Source of the DNA: Macrostomum lignano
Taxonomy: Eukaryota
DNA length: 64,000 nt
Direction: 5' to 3'
Assembly: GCA_002269645.1 (NCBI GenBank)
Contig: NIVC01002338.1
Span: 63,967-127,966 of the forward strand
In this document: one piece after another, positions 25,852-38,840 of the stretch
Numbering within the stretch: the stretch's first letter is position 1
How the letters are laid out: the number at the start of each line of letters is the position of its first letter
Notes under the pieces: generated by a model
What the model saw: the letters and a program-made list of their open reading frames with translations, nothing else
Told to the model about the DNA's origin: nothing
Databases searched by the model: none
Translations under genes and position numbers: made by a program

Positions 25852-27664
25852 GCGTAGTTTTTTCGCACGGAATTCAATAACAAGAAAGACAGAAAACCAA
25901 GTGTCTAGGAACTTCGCTAGAAAGTTGTGTCAGCAGCAACAGTAGCTACCAGGACACGTACGCTGCACTTATTTGAAGCTGTGAAGTGAAAAGGAGTAGC
26001 GCATCAAGTATAGTTGTGCAATATTAAATTTGTACACTGACTTATTTGTATACAGCTAGTAAGCTAGTTTAGATTAAAAATAGTGGATTCCAGCTATAGG
26101 ACCCTCTGTCTCGAATGTAGTTTATAAAGCAATTGGCTTATTGAAGCAGTTAATTTACATAGTACGCATAGGCAAGAGATGGCTTACCTAAAGGCAGCTA
26201 TATCTAGCTAGAACGTAAGTGAAAAATTAATATACAGTCATACATGTATATAGTTAAGTCATATCCTGTGTGCCAACACTAGTAACAGCTAGCTGGCTTA
26301 GCCAAGATCAATAACAAAAAAGCAACCTGCACATATGATTTGAAATGCGAAGTTCTCTCTCTCTCTTTCTCTCTCTCTCCAGCCACTGCGCCATTACTGC
26401 AGTTTATTATAATTATTTATTTGCCACACAGAGACCATTTCTAGCATATAGCCGACTGTATTAGATACATAAATAAGGGAACTTCGCATTACTTATAAAC
26501 TTGGATTATTGGTTAATTTCTTGTAAGGAACTTCTCCTTTGCGATAAATATGAACACAAGAGTAAACCCGCAAAGTACAGCGTGTACATGCCTTAATAAA
26601 TTCCTATACCTGTTTATTAAAATTTTCGAAAAAGAAATGAAAACTCGCATAACGAAGTCAAATATACATAACAAACATACAAAAGTACACGGTCACATGC
26701 ACTTTATTTATTATATAGTTAAGCAAATCCAAGATAATCCGCTTTGCATATTTCGAATATTGAATTTGACAAAACAAAACATAAGTGCATAACTTTTATC
26801 AAGGTAACAAATATATAGTAAGAATTATTTAACACAACAAAGTACAAATAAAATGATAAATAACGCACAATATAGACATTGTGAGTGACCAATTGTTTAA
26901 AAAAGACGTCCCCATCTATTGAAGTCGTATGAAATAATGCGCTAATAATAAAATAACTAGAGATCCAGACGTTAAATCGCAAATTGTATTTATTGCATAC
27001 AGTACTCGCACATACTACTGAATAGTACAGGAAAAGTAGTCACAAAGCGATTTTTATTGCCGCAAAAGAGTTCACAAGTACAGGTTTAAGGACGAGATGT
27101 ACAAAATAAATAAATTATGAAATCGTAGTTGCAATTTAGTTCGTACACAGGCGATTTAAACTATCATCAGCATATTTATAATATACGAATACATAAAACC
27201 AAGCAAAAGTTATTTGTGCAGAATTTAACTAAATATACTCGTAGCAACAGTTACAACAAATTTACAGTCGCTATACTCGGACGCAAAAGAGCACAGACAA
27301 ATCAAAGAGTATTATTAAGTAGTAGAAAACGCGTGCAGAATACAAAACTGCAACTATACAGTTGAACAATACAATAAATGTACACTTAAGCTACTAACTA
27401 AGACAGACAGAATAGATAAGACAGAATTATTTATTCAATCATGTTAGAATTTACATCCATAGCCCCCCGCTAGCCTTAATAAACAATAAAATACATATAA
27501 AATTATGATTAGGTTGCATAATGTTCTTATCTCCATAGCGACTTATCTTTAGCATCATAATAACAACTTAAAACAGGCTTCTTTACAATATGTAATTGAC
27601 GCCTAAATTCTAGAAGAAACAGAAAGGACAGGACTTTACACCTGTTTTTGTACTATTTTGTTTC

Positions 27665-27980
27665 AGTTAGTTCTATCGGCTGAGAGCAGTCACGTGACAA
27701 CTTTCAGTTCTATTGGCTGAGAGCAGTCACGTGATAACTGTTTCAGTTCTATTGGCTGAGAGTAGTCACGTGACAACTGTTTCAGTTCCATTGGCTGAGA
27801 GTAGTCACGTGACAACTGTTTCAGTTCCATTGGCTGAGAGCAGTCACGTGACAAACTGTTTCAGTTCCATTGGCTGAGAGCAGTCACGTGACAAACTGTT
27901 TCAGTTCTATTGGCTGAGAGCAGTCACGTGACAACTGTTTCAGTAATATTGACTGAGAGCAATGCATTCACGTGACCGTT
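27665..27980 (+). repeat. 39-40-bp tandem repeat, 8 copies, each with ATTGG and GTCACGTGAC
   Basis: Unit tttcagttctattggctgagagcagtcacgtgacaactg; first and last copies degenerate. Confidence 0.93.
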
Positions 27981-28109
27981 TATCTAGAAACGAATTTTCT
28001 CACTGTAAATACGTTTGCAATCAAGTTGTCCTTTTTGCACGTTTGTACGTCTTTGTACTTGAAATTTGTGATAAAACGCGTGAATTTAAGAAAAAATATT
28101 GTTTGAACA

Positions 28110-28955
28110 TTAGGTAAGCGGATGCAACTGATTGACATGCCTATCCAACGAATAGCGGTGGGTGAACTGCTTTGGACAGAATCTGCAAGCAAATGGTTTA
28201 TGCCCGCTGTGCGTGCGCAGATGCGAGTCCAGGTGCACTTTCTGACGAAACGATTTATCACAATGGACGCAAGGAAACGGTCGCTGATCGGAATGTTTCA
28301 TCATGTGCCGACTCAGCGAGTATTGATGCGGAAACGATCGATCGCACGAGGTGCATTTGAAAGGCCGAGCGCCAGAATGCGTCATCAAATGATGGCTCAG
28401 GTGAGTTTTCTGTTTAAACTGCTTGTAGCAGACATCGCATTTGTAAGGCTTGTCTGGATCATCTTGCTGCGGAGGCTGCTGATGCTGCTGCTGTTGCTGC
28501 TGACTTGGCTGCTGTGGCTGATGCTGCTGCTGTTGCTGCTGACTCTGACCCTGTCCCTGCTGCTGTCTAGGCTGGCCCATAGTCAGCGGATCGTGTATGA
28601 CGTTGTGCCTCTCAAACGATGCCCGATCGCCAAACGACCTCTCGCAGATGTTGCAAGTGTAAACTGGGGCAAAGCTAATACGAAAGTTGCCTATTAATAA
28701 ATCGCCAAAATTGAATGCGGCTGCGGGATTCTGGAGCTGCTGGCTGGCAGCTGGATTAGGCTGCTGGGGTAATTGCTGCTGCAACTGATGCGGTATGGCC
28801 TGCTGCAGAGGCTGCTGGTGATGCTGATGCTGATGCTGCTGATGTGACAGAGGCAACTGAGACTGCTGATGCAGCTGGTGATGCTGCACTAATTGCTGGT
28901 TGTGCAAGACAACGTCTCGATTTAGTAAAACTGGCTTGTATGCATCCTGAAGCAT
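28110..28955 (-). CDS. Gln/His-rich C2H2 zinc-finger protein (5 fingers), ~281 aa
   Basis: CNICERSF...H...H, CDVCYKQF, CTSCDRSF, CVHCDKSF, CRFCPKQF fingers with SGARPF/SDQRPF/SGHKPF linkers; ATG at 28955 just after an aatcag acceptor; an upstream coding exon is not excluded. Confidence 0.9.
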   Translation of the reverse strand: MLQDAYKPVLLNRDVVLHNQQLVQHHQLHQQSQLPLSHQQHQHQHHQQPLQQAIPHQLQQQLPQQPNPAASQQLQNPAAAFNFGDLLIGNFRISFAPVYTCNICERSFGDRASFERHNVIHDPLTMGQPRQQQGQGQSQQQQQQHQPQQPSQQQQQQHQQPPQQDDPDKPYKCDVCYKQFKQKTHLSHHLMTHSGARPFKCTSCDRSFPHQYSLSRHMMKHSDQRPFPCVHCDKSFRQKVHLDSHLRTHSGHKPFACRFCPKQFTHRYSLDRHVNQLHPLT

Positions 28956-29789
28956 GTCAAGAAACTGATTTGAGAAGAATGACAAAAATTTCTATACATA
29001 CTTTTTCAACATTGCACAAATAAGATTCCACATGTTTTTATATGCATTCTGAGTTTGAGCATGTATCTTTTGACAATTTACTGTCATAAAATAGCATAAA
29101 GTAACAGTATTCACGATGATTAATTCAATACTATGTATAAGATATTCAAAATCTTTCTAATTTTTTCCAGTAAGCTATTCATAGCCTATAAATATATAAC
29201 AACCATTCCAACAAATATTCAATAACAATGAAACCAAAAGCAAACCGTTGCCTCGCTTTAGTCACTTAACCTTATTCTTTTCAGCAAAGCTCTTTATATA
29301 AGCATTGCAATTTAATTTTATAGATGAAATGCAAATAGAGAAAGATTATGTAATTTATGAAAGGGGTATGCAATACACATGCTAAGAATATAAATTAGTA
29401 AGAATATAGGCTACATATGAATTAAAAATCTAGGTTGCTTTTAAACTCTTGTTTTTTTTACAGATGAGCTTCACTGTCTCTTTGTGCCTTTACTACTTTA
29501 CTGTGCCCTACTGTGTCTTTTATAGATATTTTAGAGACAAGCGCAAGTCCCATATGAATTATTAATAAACAAGGCAAACAATTGAGGCAACAAATTTTGA
29601 TGGTGAGCAATATAAAATAAATAAATGCCTCTGGAGGCTATACAAGCTTCTAGAAACATGAAAGAAAGTTCTGGGACCAAAATCTTTCAAAAGAAAGCAG
29701 AGCTTCTAAAAGCCAGCATATCAGGCTGGGAAAAGCTAATATCTATATTAAAAGTTATAAGCAACACTTTTGAGTCTTGTCTTCTAACT

Positions 29790-30115
29790 AATGCAGATGA
29801 TAGCACCTTACTCTTCTAATAATGGCACCCATTTTGCTAATGATGGCACCCATTTTACCAGTGACAGCACCTATGCTACTTGTGATGGCACCTATTCTAC
29901 CCATGATAGTACCTATTCTAATGGTGACAATGCTCATTCTACTAGTGATAGCACCTATTTTGCCAGTGATAGTACCAATTCTATTGGTGATAGCACCCAT
30001 TCTGCTAGTGATAGCATCAATTTTGCCAGTAACAATGCCCAAGCTACTAGTGACAGCATCCATTTTAGTAGTGATAGTGCCTATTCTACCAATGATAGTG
30101 CCTATTAGTAGCAAG
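29790..30115 (+). repeat. Highly degenerate 21-bp tandem repeat (gatagcacccattctactagt-like)
   Basis: Heptad periodicity in three overlapping ORFs. Confidence 0.75.
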
Positions 30116-30464
30116 TTGCAAATTCTACTTCTTCATGCTTACTTTTATCATCTAGCTATTATTTAGTATCTGCTATGAGAGATATCAGTCTTGTAGTGCA
30201 GAATTCACCCATCTTTTCAACTGAGGAATGAAGTTATTTTTTACAGTCCTGGAGACCTTTTTTATTTATCATCATATCATCAGCTATCATATCATCAGCT
30301 ATAATTTCAAATAAAATAAACCACAAAAAATCTCCAATCACTGTGTCATGTGTCTTCAAAGACTCTTTACCAGAATATCAGATTGAACTGATTCAATCAA
30401 CAGTGTACAAAGTCAAAGGAAGAGCAATAGTATCTCCCACCTAGCATGTGACAACTACAGAAAC

Positions 30465-30903
30465 GGATCAACTTCTGCTGGTTTGCTATTAGGCCTGGCG
30501 CCAAAAGAACAGTTTATTCTAAAAATAGCCTTTGAGTTAGCCTTGTTTATTTAGAGATATGCAGTCTCTGCCCACTTTCTCCAAAGAGCGTACAGCCTTC
30601 TCTCTTCCCTTGGGCGAATTGGCCGCTCTTCCCCCCCCCCAGTTGAACAGGTGTTTCCTTTGATAAAACTTTTATAATAAGAATATTTTGTTTAAAACTA
30701 TTTGCCATTTTTAGTAAACTGACTATAAATATAAGCATGAAAGCTTCCATTAAGGATCAACTTCTGCTGGTTTGCTATTAGGCCTGGCGCCAAAAGAACA
30801 GTTTATTCTAAAAATAGCCTTTGAGTCAGCCTTGTTTATTTAGAGATATGCAGTCTCTGCCTACTTTCTCCAAAGAGCGTACAGCCTTCTCTCTTCCCTT
30901 GGG
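30465..30903 (+). repeat. 150-bp direct duplication (30465-30614 and 30754-30903)
   Basis: ggatcaacttctgctgg...cttcccttggg repeated at a 289-bp offset with few mismatches. Confidence 0.92.
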
Positions 30904-31335
30904 TGAATCGGCGAATCCCTAGACTTTCCAGCCCAGACTGACATTCTGTCAACTCCCCTGCCGGATTCTCTGTCTGCCTAATCTCCTTCTAATTCTAGTC
31001 CCTTATTAGGCATGCTGCCTCCTTCCCTACTAGACAACATATCTTCCATGCAAGAATTCTCTATTAGCCATTGAAATTCCCCGTTAGTGCACTCTATTTC
31101 CCAGGCAACTTGATCTGTCACGTAGCCCTCCCTTGGACTAATATTAGCTGATAGAAATATAGACAGTGTCTTGCTGCTTGGACACTATGCCAATAGGAGC
31201 AACCTCAGGCTTACTCCTTCTAGTAATAATATTTCCATATTTCTCCCTAAATCTTAAGAAATTCCCGAAAATCCCCTGTAATAATCTAGTTTTAGCAATA
31301 CAATAAAGTTAGTAACCCCCAACCTATAACAATTT

Positions 31336-31347
31336 TGGTATCAGCAG
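31336..31347 (+). other. Possible LTR-retrotransposon primer-binding site following a putative LTR end
   Basis: ...caataaag...ataaca-attt-TGGTATCAGCAG upstream of the Gypsy RT remnant; similar tggtgtcag/tggtatcag...gat motifs at 35627 and 35686 resemble the tRNA-Leu-type PBS TGGTGTCAGAAGTGGGAT. Confidence 0.35.
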
Positions 31348-32139
31348 TATAATTATTAACAGAGAGCAAAGAGGTCTGTTACACAACCTTGCAAGAAAGT
31401 TTAGTTTCTAATCTAAACATTAATTGCCTGCCATCTATCTGTCACTGCTTATAACAACCTATAAGCCAAAGATGGTTCTCTAAGCTAAAGTAGACACTTA
31501 CAAGTTGTTGCAGCATGATAGACGAAAGCACTTAGAATCTCTACTTCTACTTTGGTGCCATTTTAGCAAATCTACTATTTCTTTTAGAAAGGTTCTAGAC
31601 TCTTTTGCTATGCTAACTTTTTGATTTCCCAATCCCAATACCAAATGGTCCCATAAGATCTAGATTTGAATAGCCAAATTATAGTTTTTGGTACAAGATA
31701 TGGCTTTTTTAGCTAAAAATATAAGTTGATAAATTAAAATTTTATTGTGATGCTTTTGTCTAATATCTAGCCATTTTATAATCACTCTTATTATTGATTT
31801 GGCCTAATCAAAAAGCCTATGAACATATATTATATATATTATATAACCATTAGTATATATTAAAAGCTTTTTATTTAAACATTTAAATTTATAAACATGT
31901 ATGCTCATAGCCAGGCCTAGCTTATGATTTTCTCATTTGATTTTAACAGTTATAATAATATATTTTAGGTCCTAAAGGTTTAAAATATTTTTAGTAATCT
32001 TCAATTATATGTAAGTATCAACAATAATATAAATATATACATGCATATGTACAAGTGCTAGTTGACCTAGCCAATCTAGCCATTGTAAATTGTGGTAAAC
32101 AAGGGGCAAAGTCATCAAGTCATCGAGCTATTGAATTGA

Positions 32140-32670
32140 AGAAATACAAGACCATCTTCTCTCAAGGGCCACACAATCTCAGCTGAACTGATAGTCATTT
32201 ACAACATCATGCTAAAGGATAGAGATCCTGTACATCTACCAACACAAAGGATTCTGCTGCATCTGTTGCCCAAGGTACACTAGCTGCTTGACAATCTACT
32301 TGCCAAAGGCATGATTTGACTGAGCTTTTCTAGCTACAACACCCCACTGGTGATCATCCCAAAGAAAAACAGAAACCTGAGGATTGTACAAGATTTTCCG
32401 AGTCTGAACCAAAAGTGTGAGTACTTTCTATACCCAATTCCTAACATCCAAGAAGCATTTGATAGCCTTGAAGGAAGCCAGCTGTTTAGCAATTTTGATA
32501 TGAATAGCAGCTACTATCAGATTTCACTGTATCAAGAAGATCAAGACCTGACTGCCTTCACCATGCTGCACTGCAGACAATTTGCCTATAATTTTATGCT
32601 GATAGAACTAAGCTCAGCCTTAGCCAGCTTTATGTGCCTAATGAATGCTCTGCTCAACAGGATTGTCTAC
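32140..32670 (+). pseudogene. Degenerate Ty3/Gypsy reverse transcriptase fragment
   Basis: KYKTIFSQ...LLDNLLAKGMI*LSFSSYNTPLVIIPKKNRNLRIVQDF..LNQ..YPIPNIQEAFDSLEGSQLFSNFDMNSSYYQI..EDQDLTAF; stops and a frameshift; truncated before YxDD. Confidence 0.88.
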
Positions 32671-35600
32671 AATACTCATAGACATAATGCAACCATTGGT
32701 ACCATCATTGGAGTTGTAATAGGCCTAAGATCTGGCAATAAGATCATTGTTTCCTCTTGTTTGTATGCCATTTTGGATAATAAAACAGAAGAAAAAAGAA
32801 GAAGAAAGTCCACTGCTAATAAATGGTTATGTATATATATTGTTGGGGGGTCATGTTTAGACCACTATGTGGGTAAAAGTAGAGACCAAAAAGTAAAAAG
32901 AATGATACAATTAAATTCTATAAAAAATTCTAAAACAAAAAACAGGTGCCAGCAATTGGGGGACTAGATTCATTAGTAGAAATAGTTGTTTAAAGTTTTT
33001 AAATGAAATTTTACAATACATAAAAAATTTCTTCAAAAAACCTATAAAAAGTAAAATTTATTGTCTTTTCTATCTATTATCATTAACATTGTTTTACTAC
33101 ACCTTTCTTTTTTTATGTGTTGTCATTTTTTAGCAACATAGACAAAAAAATCACAAATGTGAAATTTAAAGAAAAAACCAAAAACTTTAAAATGTATATA
33201 ACTTTTGTCAACATTGACTGATTCTCTAATAAAATCATTTTGAAGCAAAATTTTATAATCTTTTGAACCTTTCCATCTTTATTCCATGAAAACTTCTATT
33301 TTTTAGAGTTTTTCTTAATCAAACATACTACCCTTTTTACCAATTTTCTAATTTTTCCACTTTTCCACATGGCTCAATGGACTTACTACCAATGTTTGGC
33401 TAGATCAATTCATGAGCAATGTACATGCCACCCTAGTTTTGACAAACAAGAGTTCCTGAGTTTTCTAGAGCCTGACTGACAAGTGACACACTAGTGACAC
33501 TAGTGTTGTGACTAGCAGCATAGGTAAGTGACTAGCCAAGAGGCAAAGAATGTGCCAGCCAATGTGAATCAACACTGCAGCCAGAGCCTGCTATTCTCAT
33601 GGAACTCCTATGCTGGGTGATCATAAGCTGCCCTGGCCCATGCTTTGTGAATGACTATGGTGTCTAGAGCCATCTGGCCAGATAGCATTCATCGCAGGAG
33701 GCAGCCCTAGCCAAAAAAACAAAGCCAGTCTTGTGGGCATGCAGCTGCAGTCAGAAATGGCTGGCTAGCAACTTTGCCTCTGCTGCAGCCCTATTGCAGC
33801 CAATGGCCATTTTTGTGGATGGCGTCCGGCGCGGATTGGCCTGGCGGCGGCGCGGCGCGCGGCGGCGGCGCGGCGCGTGGCGGCTGCGCGCGGTGGCGTG
33901 GCGTGTGGCGGCGGCGCACGGCGCGCGGCGAGCCATTGACTGACTAATTGAACCAAATCACTGATCCTGGGGACTGGCCCTGGCGCAGTATGGGTAGATG
34001 TCTGGCGCGGGAAAGGGGGGCGTCCGGCGCGGTTCAGACCTTGGCTGCAATAGGGTGCTGCAGCCTAGTTATGCTAGTTATAAGGCATGTTAGATGCCAA
34101 GAGATCCTGGCAAGCATTAAGCAACTTTGTTGAAATGTCAAAATTGCCAGTTTGGCTACAGCAATGAATCCAACTTGCCTGACAAGAACTGAGCCCTATA
34201 ACAGAGCTAAAAGAGACATGTAGCCTGCAAATTGAGGTGGCTGAGTGCCTGCCAACTATGGCTGGTATCCATCAGCAGTGGCTAACTGCTCATTTTGCCC
34301 TAATGCTGCATGGCACCCTCATATATGTGGCAGGCAGTTGCCACTATATTTGAAACATTGGAAGTTGAATGAAACATTTTTGCATGAAATTTGTATTTTT
34401 TTCAGGACCAGTTCTAGAACTATTTTTTAACCCCAGGGCTATTTTTATCATTTTCCTAGTCCTAGTTATGGCTTTCCATTCCCAGTCCATAGTCCTCCCA
34501 TGTCCCCCTGTTGGTTCTTTTCGTTTTCTTTTTTTCCACTTTGGTCTTCTGCTTTTTTGTTGGTCTATCCCATGGGTCCTTTCATTGTCTTGTGTTGTCC
34601 ATGCATTTCCTTATGCATTGGCATGTTTGCCACTCACTATATATTTTACATATTTTGCATTATGCTCTTTTCAACTTTGATGGCTCAAACAATAAATTTT
34701 CCTGTTCTTTTCTTCTCTTTGTAACAATTAACTATCTGACTAGTTTTACCTTTCTTTGAAGTATATAGCTTAACACTATGGCACATGCATAATCAATCTT
34801 AGCCGTCAATACTATTTTAGTAACAACTTTCATTGTCATTAAAATGCACATGCATATGCAAAAATTTTAAAAGGAAATTATTATAGAATGTAGGTCCCCT
34901 GCATCAAAAAATTCTTAAGCTCAAAATTGTATGCCAAAATAGCTAAACTCTCCAATGGTCTATACGACCATAGTTTGAAAGGTAATATATACACTGGGAT
35001 TTTCCAGTGTATAATAAGGGTCTTACCATTTTTAGCATATATCAGGGCATACATGTGCTGTAGAAGTGGTTTTTGTTTCTAAGAAATACTAGTTTTAAAA
35101 TGTTACACAAAAACTCTACTTTTGTTTTACTTTGCAAAATATTCTCAAATATTCTATGTTTGTCTAAGTACACACAAAAGAATTTAGTATAAATATGAGT
35201 GAAGTTTAGGGAAGTAGGATTCAACTTGCTCTCACGAATTAAATTGTTTACAGCTTGTTCAATACTTATTCTCAGATCATTGCTTATTTTAAAGAGGTAT
35301 TGAGAGTTGGGAATCAGGGATTCATGCAGAGAAAGTACTAAGAGTAATCGCTGTGACCTTCTAATCTCGGTAACGCCCAGACTGGAGAGAGAAAGTACAT
35401 ATACCAGTAAGACTGCTCAGGCCATATACTAAGAATGCTACTAGACCATATACTAAAAATGCTACCAGACTAATATACTAAGAACACTACCAAATTAATA
35501 CATAAGACGCTACCAGTACTCGTATATTCAAATGAAATTCTAAGAAACAGTTAAAAATACCAAAGGCAGAATTTAGTATCAGCAGTATAAATTTAATAGA

Positions 35601-36427
35601 GGGAAATTGAAAACATGCGACAACTTTGGTATCAGTGGTTGGGATTAAAATTGATAAAGTAGGAGGTAAAACACCTGTGACAACTTGGTGTCAGTGGCTG
35701 AGATTTCTAGATAGAGGAATCAGCCCTGTAACAGTGCAACAGTTGGCCGATCTGGCCAACCAATTTGGCTGCCAATCAAGGAAGTTGCAAAAATGCCCAT
35801 CTAAAAAATACCTAAGTAGTAGTAGGGCCTACTAAGTAGCTGATGAGGCATTTTGTCTTAATAAGATGGTCCTAGTGACTCCTGCCATTTACCTAAAGTT
35901 GCGTTAAATTTGCCTAATGGTTTTTTATATGTAAGCGTCACATTTTTGGCCAAAAACTATGTCGCATTTTGTTAAAACTAAGTTACATGGCCAACCAAAT
36001 TTTGGAGGTTACGCATGTATGTATTAGGGTATATCTTAGCATACATGACATAGCAAATACAATGGTGTCAAATGACACTTTTTTATATTAGCATATAAAC
36101 CTAGTGTACAAATGAGATCTTGTCATTTTTCCAGCATTAAACTTAGCATAGGCCTATGCATGATCTGGAATATAGCCAATAGTATGCTAGAAAATTCTGG
36201 TATATAGGCCTAGGTAACTTTCTGGAGTCTAGGGCCTAGGGAATGCTATAATTTCCTAGATTTAATAAAAAAATAATGTGTTGCTACTTAGGCACTGCTT
36301 GCTACTAGTACTATAGAAATATCTAAAAAATCAAAAAGGCTTAAATTTAAAGTAGGCCTAGTTATAGGCCTACTATAGCCTAGCCTAGGCAGCTAGGCCT
36401 AGAGAATATTATAATTATTAAATTAAA

Positions 36428-36872
36428 GGCAGTTGTTATTTGTCCAGTGACCAGATGAATAGCGATGTGGTTATTTTTCCAGTTACTGGATAATGACTAT
36501 GCTTTCCTATTTATCCGGTTAATACTGGACAAATCAATAGGCATTTTGTTATTTGTCCAGTAAAATTGATATTGCTAAAATATCTATTTCATAGAAACTA
36601 CAAGGGTAAATATTCCTAGACTACAAAGACTTCTTACTTGTATCTTGATTATTATGTTGTTATACTAGTGTGGGTCTTATACACCAAATTATGCCAAACT
36701 GAATACACTGCTTTGCTTACACTAGGTCTAGTATACAAGAAAATTAATCAGTATACAAGAAAAGGTCTTAAACATCTAAAATATACATCACGAAACAAAT
36801 AGATACTTGTGTTAGTAATTTAACCAGACAAATAGCAAAAAGGCACTGGTCACCGGACAAATAACAACTGCC
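36428..36872. mobile_element. MITE with 9-bp TSD (MULE- or Merlin-like), 445 bp
   Basis: TIR ggcagttgttatttgtcc(a/g)gtgaccag with 1 mismatch; exact TSD taaattaaa at 36419-36427 and 36873-36881. Confidence 0.88.
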
Positions 36873-37068
36873 TAAATTAAAACAACTGATATCTGATAAT
36901 TTTAGTGCAGAAACAAAAGCTTTAAGACAACTTAGTGTTAATGGTGGGGTGGAAATAGAGCTAAGGCGTATGACAATAATATTAAATTCAATTTAATTTA
37001 CTATTGCTACAAAAAAGAAAAATGTTGAATATAAAGGCCTATTTTTATTAGGCCTATTAAAATAAAAT

Positions 37069-37420
37069 GGCAGTTGTTATTTGTCAGGTGACTGGACAAA
37101 TGGCTTTTCCTATTTGTCTAGTTAAATTGCTAACACAAGTATCTATTTGTTTAGTGATAAATATTCTAGAATTTTAAGTCCTTTTCTCCTGTCCTGATTA
37201 ATATTTCGTTATATACTAGTGCAAGCAAAGCGCAAGCAGATATGTGTAATACATATGCGATTCAGCATAATTTGGTATATAAGACATATACCAATAAAAC
37301 AACTAATAGCCTAATCAATATACAAGTGAGAAGTCTGTTGAAGTCCAGGAATTTGCACCCTTAGGCTTGTAGTTTCTGTAGGCCTAGCATAAAATATCAA
37401 TTTAACCAGACAAATATCAA
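37069..37420. mobile_element. Partial, diverged second copy of the 36428 MITE family
   Basis: Starts ggcagttgttatttgtcaggtgactgg and shares internal motifs (tgatta..at.t.gttat..actagtg); right end degenerate. Confidence 0.6.
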
Positions 37421-38840
37421 AATGGGCATTCTTTCGTTTCCCTGCTGCATGATATTTTGCTTTCAGTCAGAACAAAAAAATAAACATCATGTGCGATTCC
37501 TGCATGCAGGCATGCATTTTGTGCATACAGACAACATATATTGGCCTTTTCGTATTGCTTGTTCTGAGAACCAATTTGTGAAATATAACTTTTTGTCTCC
37601 ATAACTAGAGGGAGATACGTGCTATAAAGTTTTTATTATTGAATGACAATCGCCAAGAAGAAAGTGAAAAATTGTGCAAAGTGAGGCTGTTAAGGCAGTC
37701 AAACATTCAACAGAATTAAATAGTTATACTGCTGTTTTTCTTGGAAGATCCGAACCGATTCTGATTCTGGAATTAGTAATATTGTGGCAGGCGGATGCCA
37801 CTATTGATTTGAAGTTCGAAACGGTGACAAATTTTGCCTGTTGGAACTGCCCGTGTGGTGTTCCCTTGTTTGCCCTTCAGAGTCTGGATTTGCGTCCATT
37901 GCGTTTTCCATTGTATTTTCCACGCGGTGCGCGTTCGTTCCCAGGTGCTGGTTCATTTGTTGGAATGCGCTCCCCACGGTTTATTTTTTGCTCGATCCAG
38001 CGCTTGTGCAGTGCGCATCCATTGCTTAGTCCCGTCACTGCTCCAGCGGGAGAGCTACTTTTACCTGTTATATAAACCCTACCTTTTGGTGCGATAATGT
38101 AAGAGTTTTTTTCCCCTCTGCTCTACTCTGGCTCTGTTTTAAACATTTTCCTCTGCGCATTTCTCTCGTTTTAACCAGTTTATAATTATCCGGCGCCGCC
38201 GACGAATTACACTCGCTCGTAGTCATTAATATTTTAATAATAAGTAGTAAGCCTGCTCAATTCCATCTTAAGGAACATTTAATAAACGATAAGCTCCATT
38301 TATTCATTAAACTATAAGCCATAGTATTTATTTGAGTCATTTGCCCGTGGGGTGTAAAACAACCAAGTTCTCATCTCAAAGATAGCTCTGAGACTTATCC
38401 GTTCCGTAATACGTGAATTACGGTGGTGGCAGCAACTACCCTACTGAAAGTAACAAACTCAGCTATTCGACGCATTATTTTACGGTGTCAGGAATCTCCA
38501 ATTACAGTGTTTCATCGACTTGAACGACCTCGCCGCTACACGACCGCTCCGCTACGATTACGACTACCCTCCCCCCGGAACTTGAGGACCCCGGCTGTCG
38601 GAGTAAAACAGGAGAAGAATTTCGTTGCGATTCATCGGTGCGATTTCCGGCTTGATTCGTGCGAACGCAACGTCAACCGGTTTCGAAGAAAACCCGAACA
38701 ACCCCATTTCAAATTTTTTCCAAATTTTTATTTTCTTCTCCGCCCCCACCTCAATATGAAACGCATTTGTTTCCCCATTGATATTCGCATTGATATTCAA
38801 ATTTTAACAAAAGCAAAATACTAAAAGCAACCCGTAGCAT

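Noticed and set aside
28122-28697. Plus-strand 191-aa Leu-rich ORF
   Set aside because: Antisense to the CAG-rich zinc-finger CDS.
32670-32967. C-terminal extension of the 205-aa Gypsy RT ORF
   Set aside because: Runs into unrelated AT-rich sequence after the RT homology ends; not a functional gene.
35840-35870. CTGATGAG hammerhead-like start
   Set aside because: No GAAA core or flanking stems.
37674-38100. GC-richer segment with 60-133-aa ORFs
   Set aside because: No recognisable domain or splice pattern in any frame.
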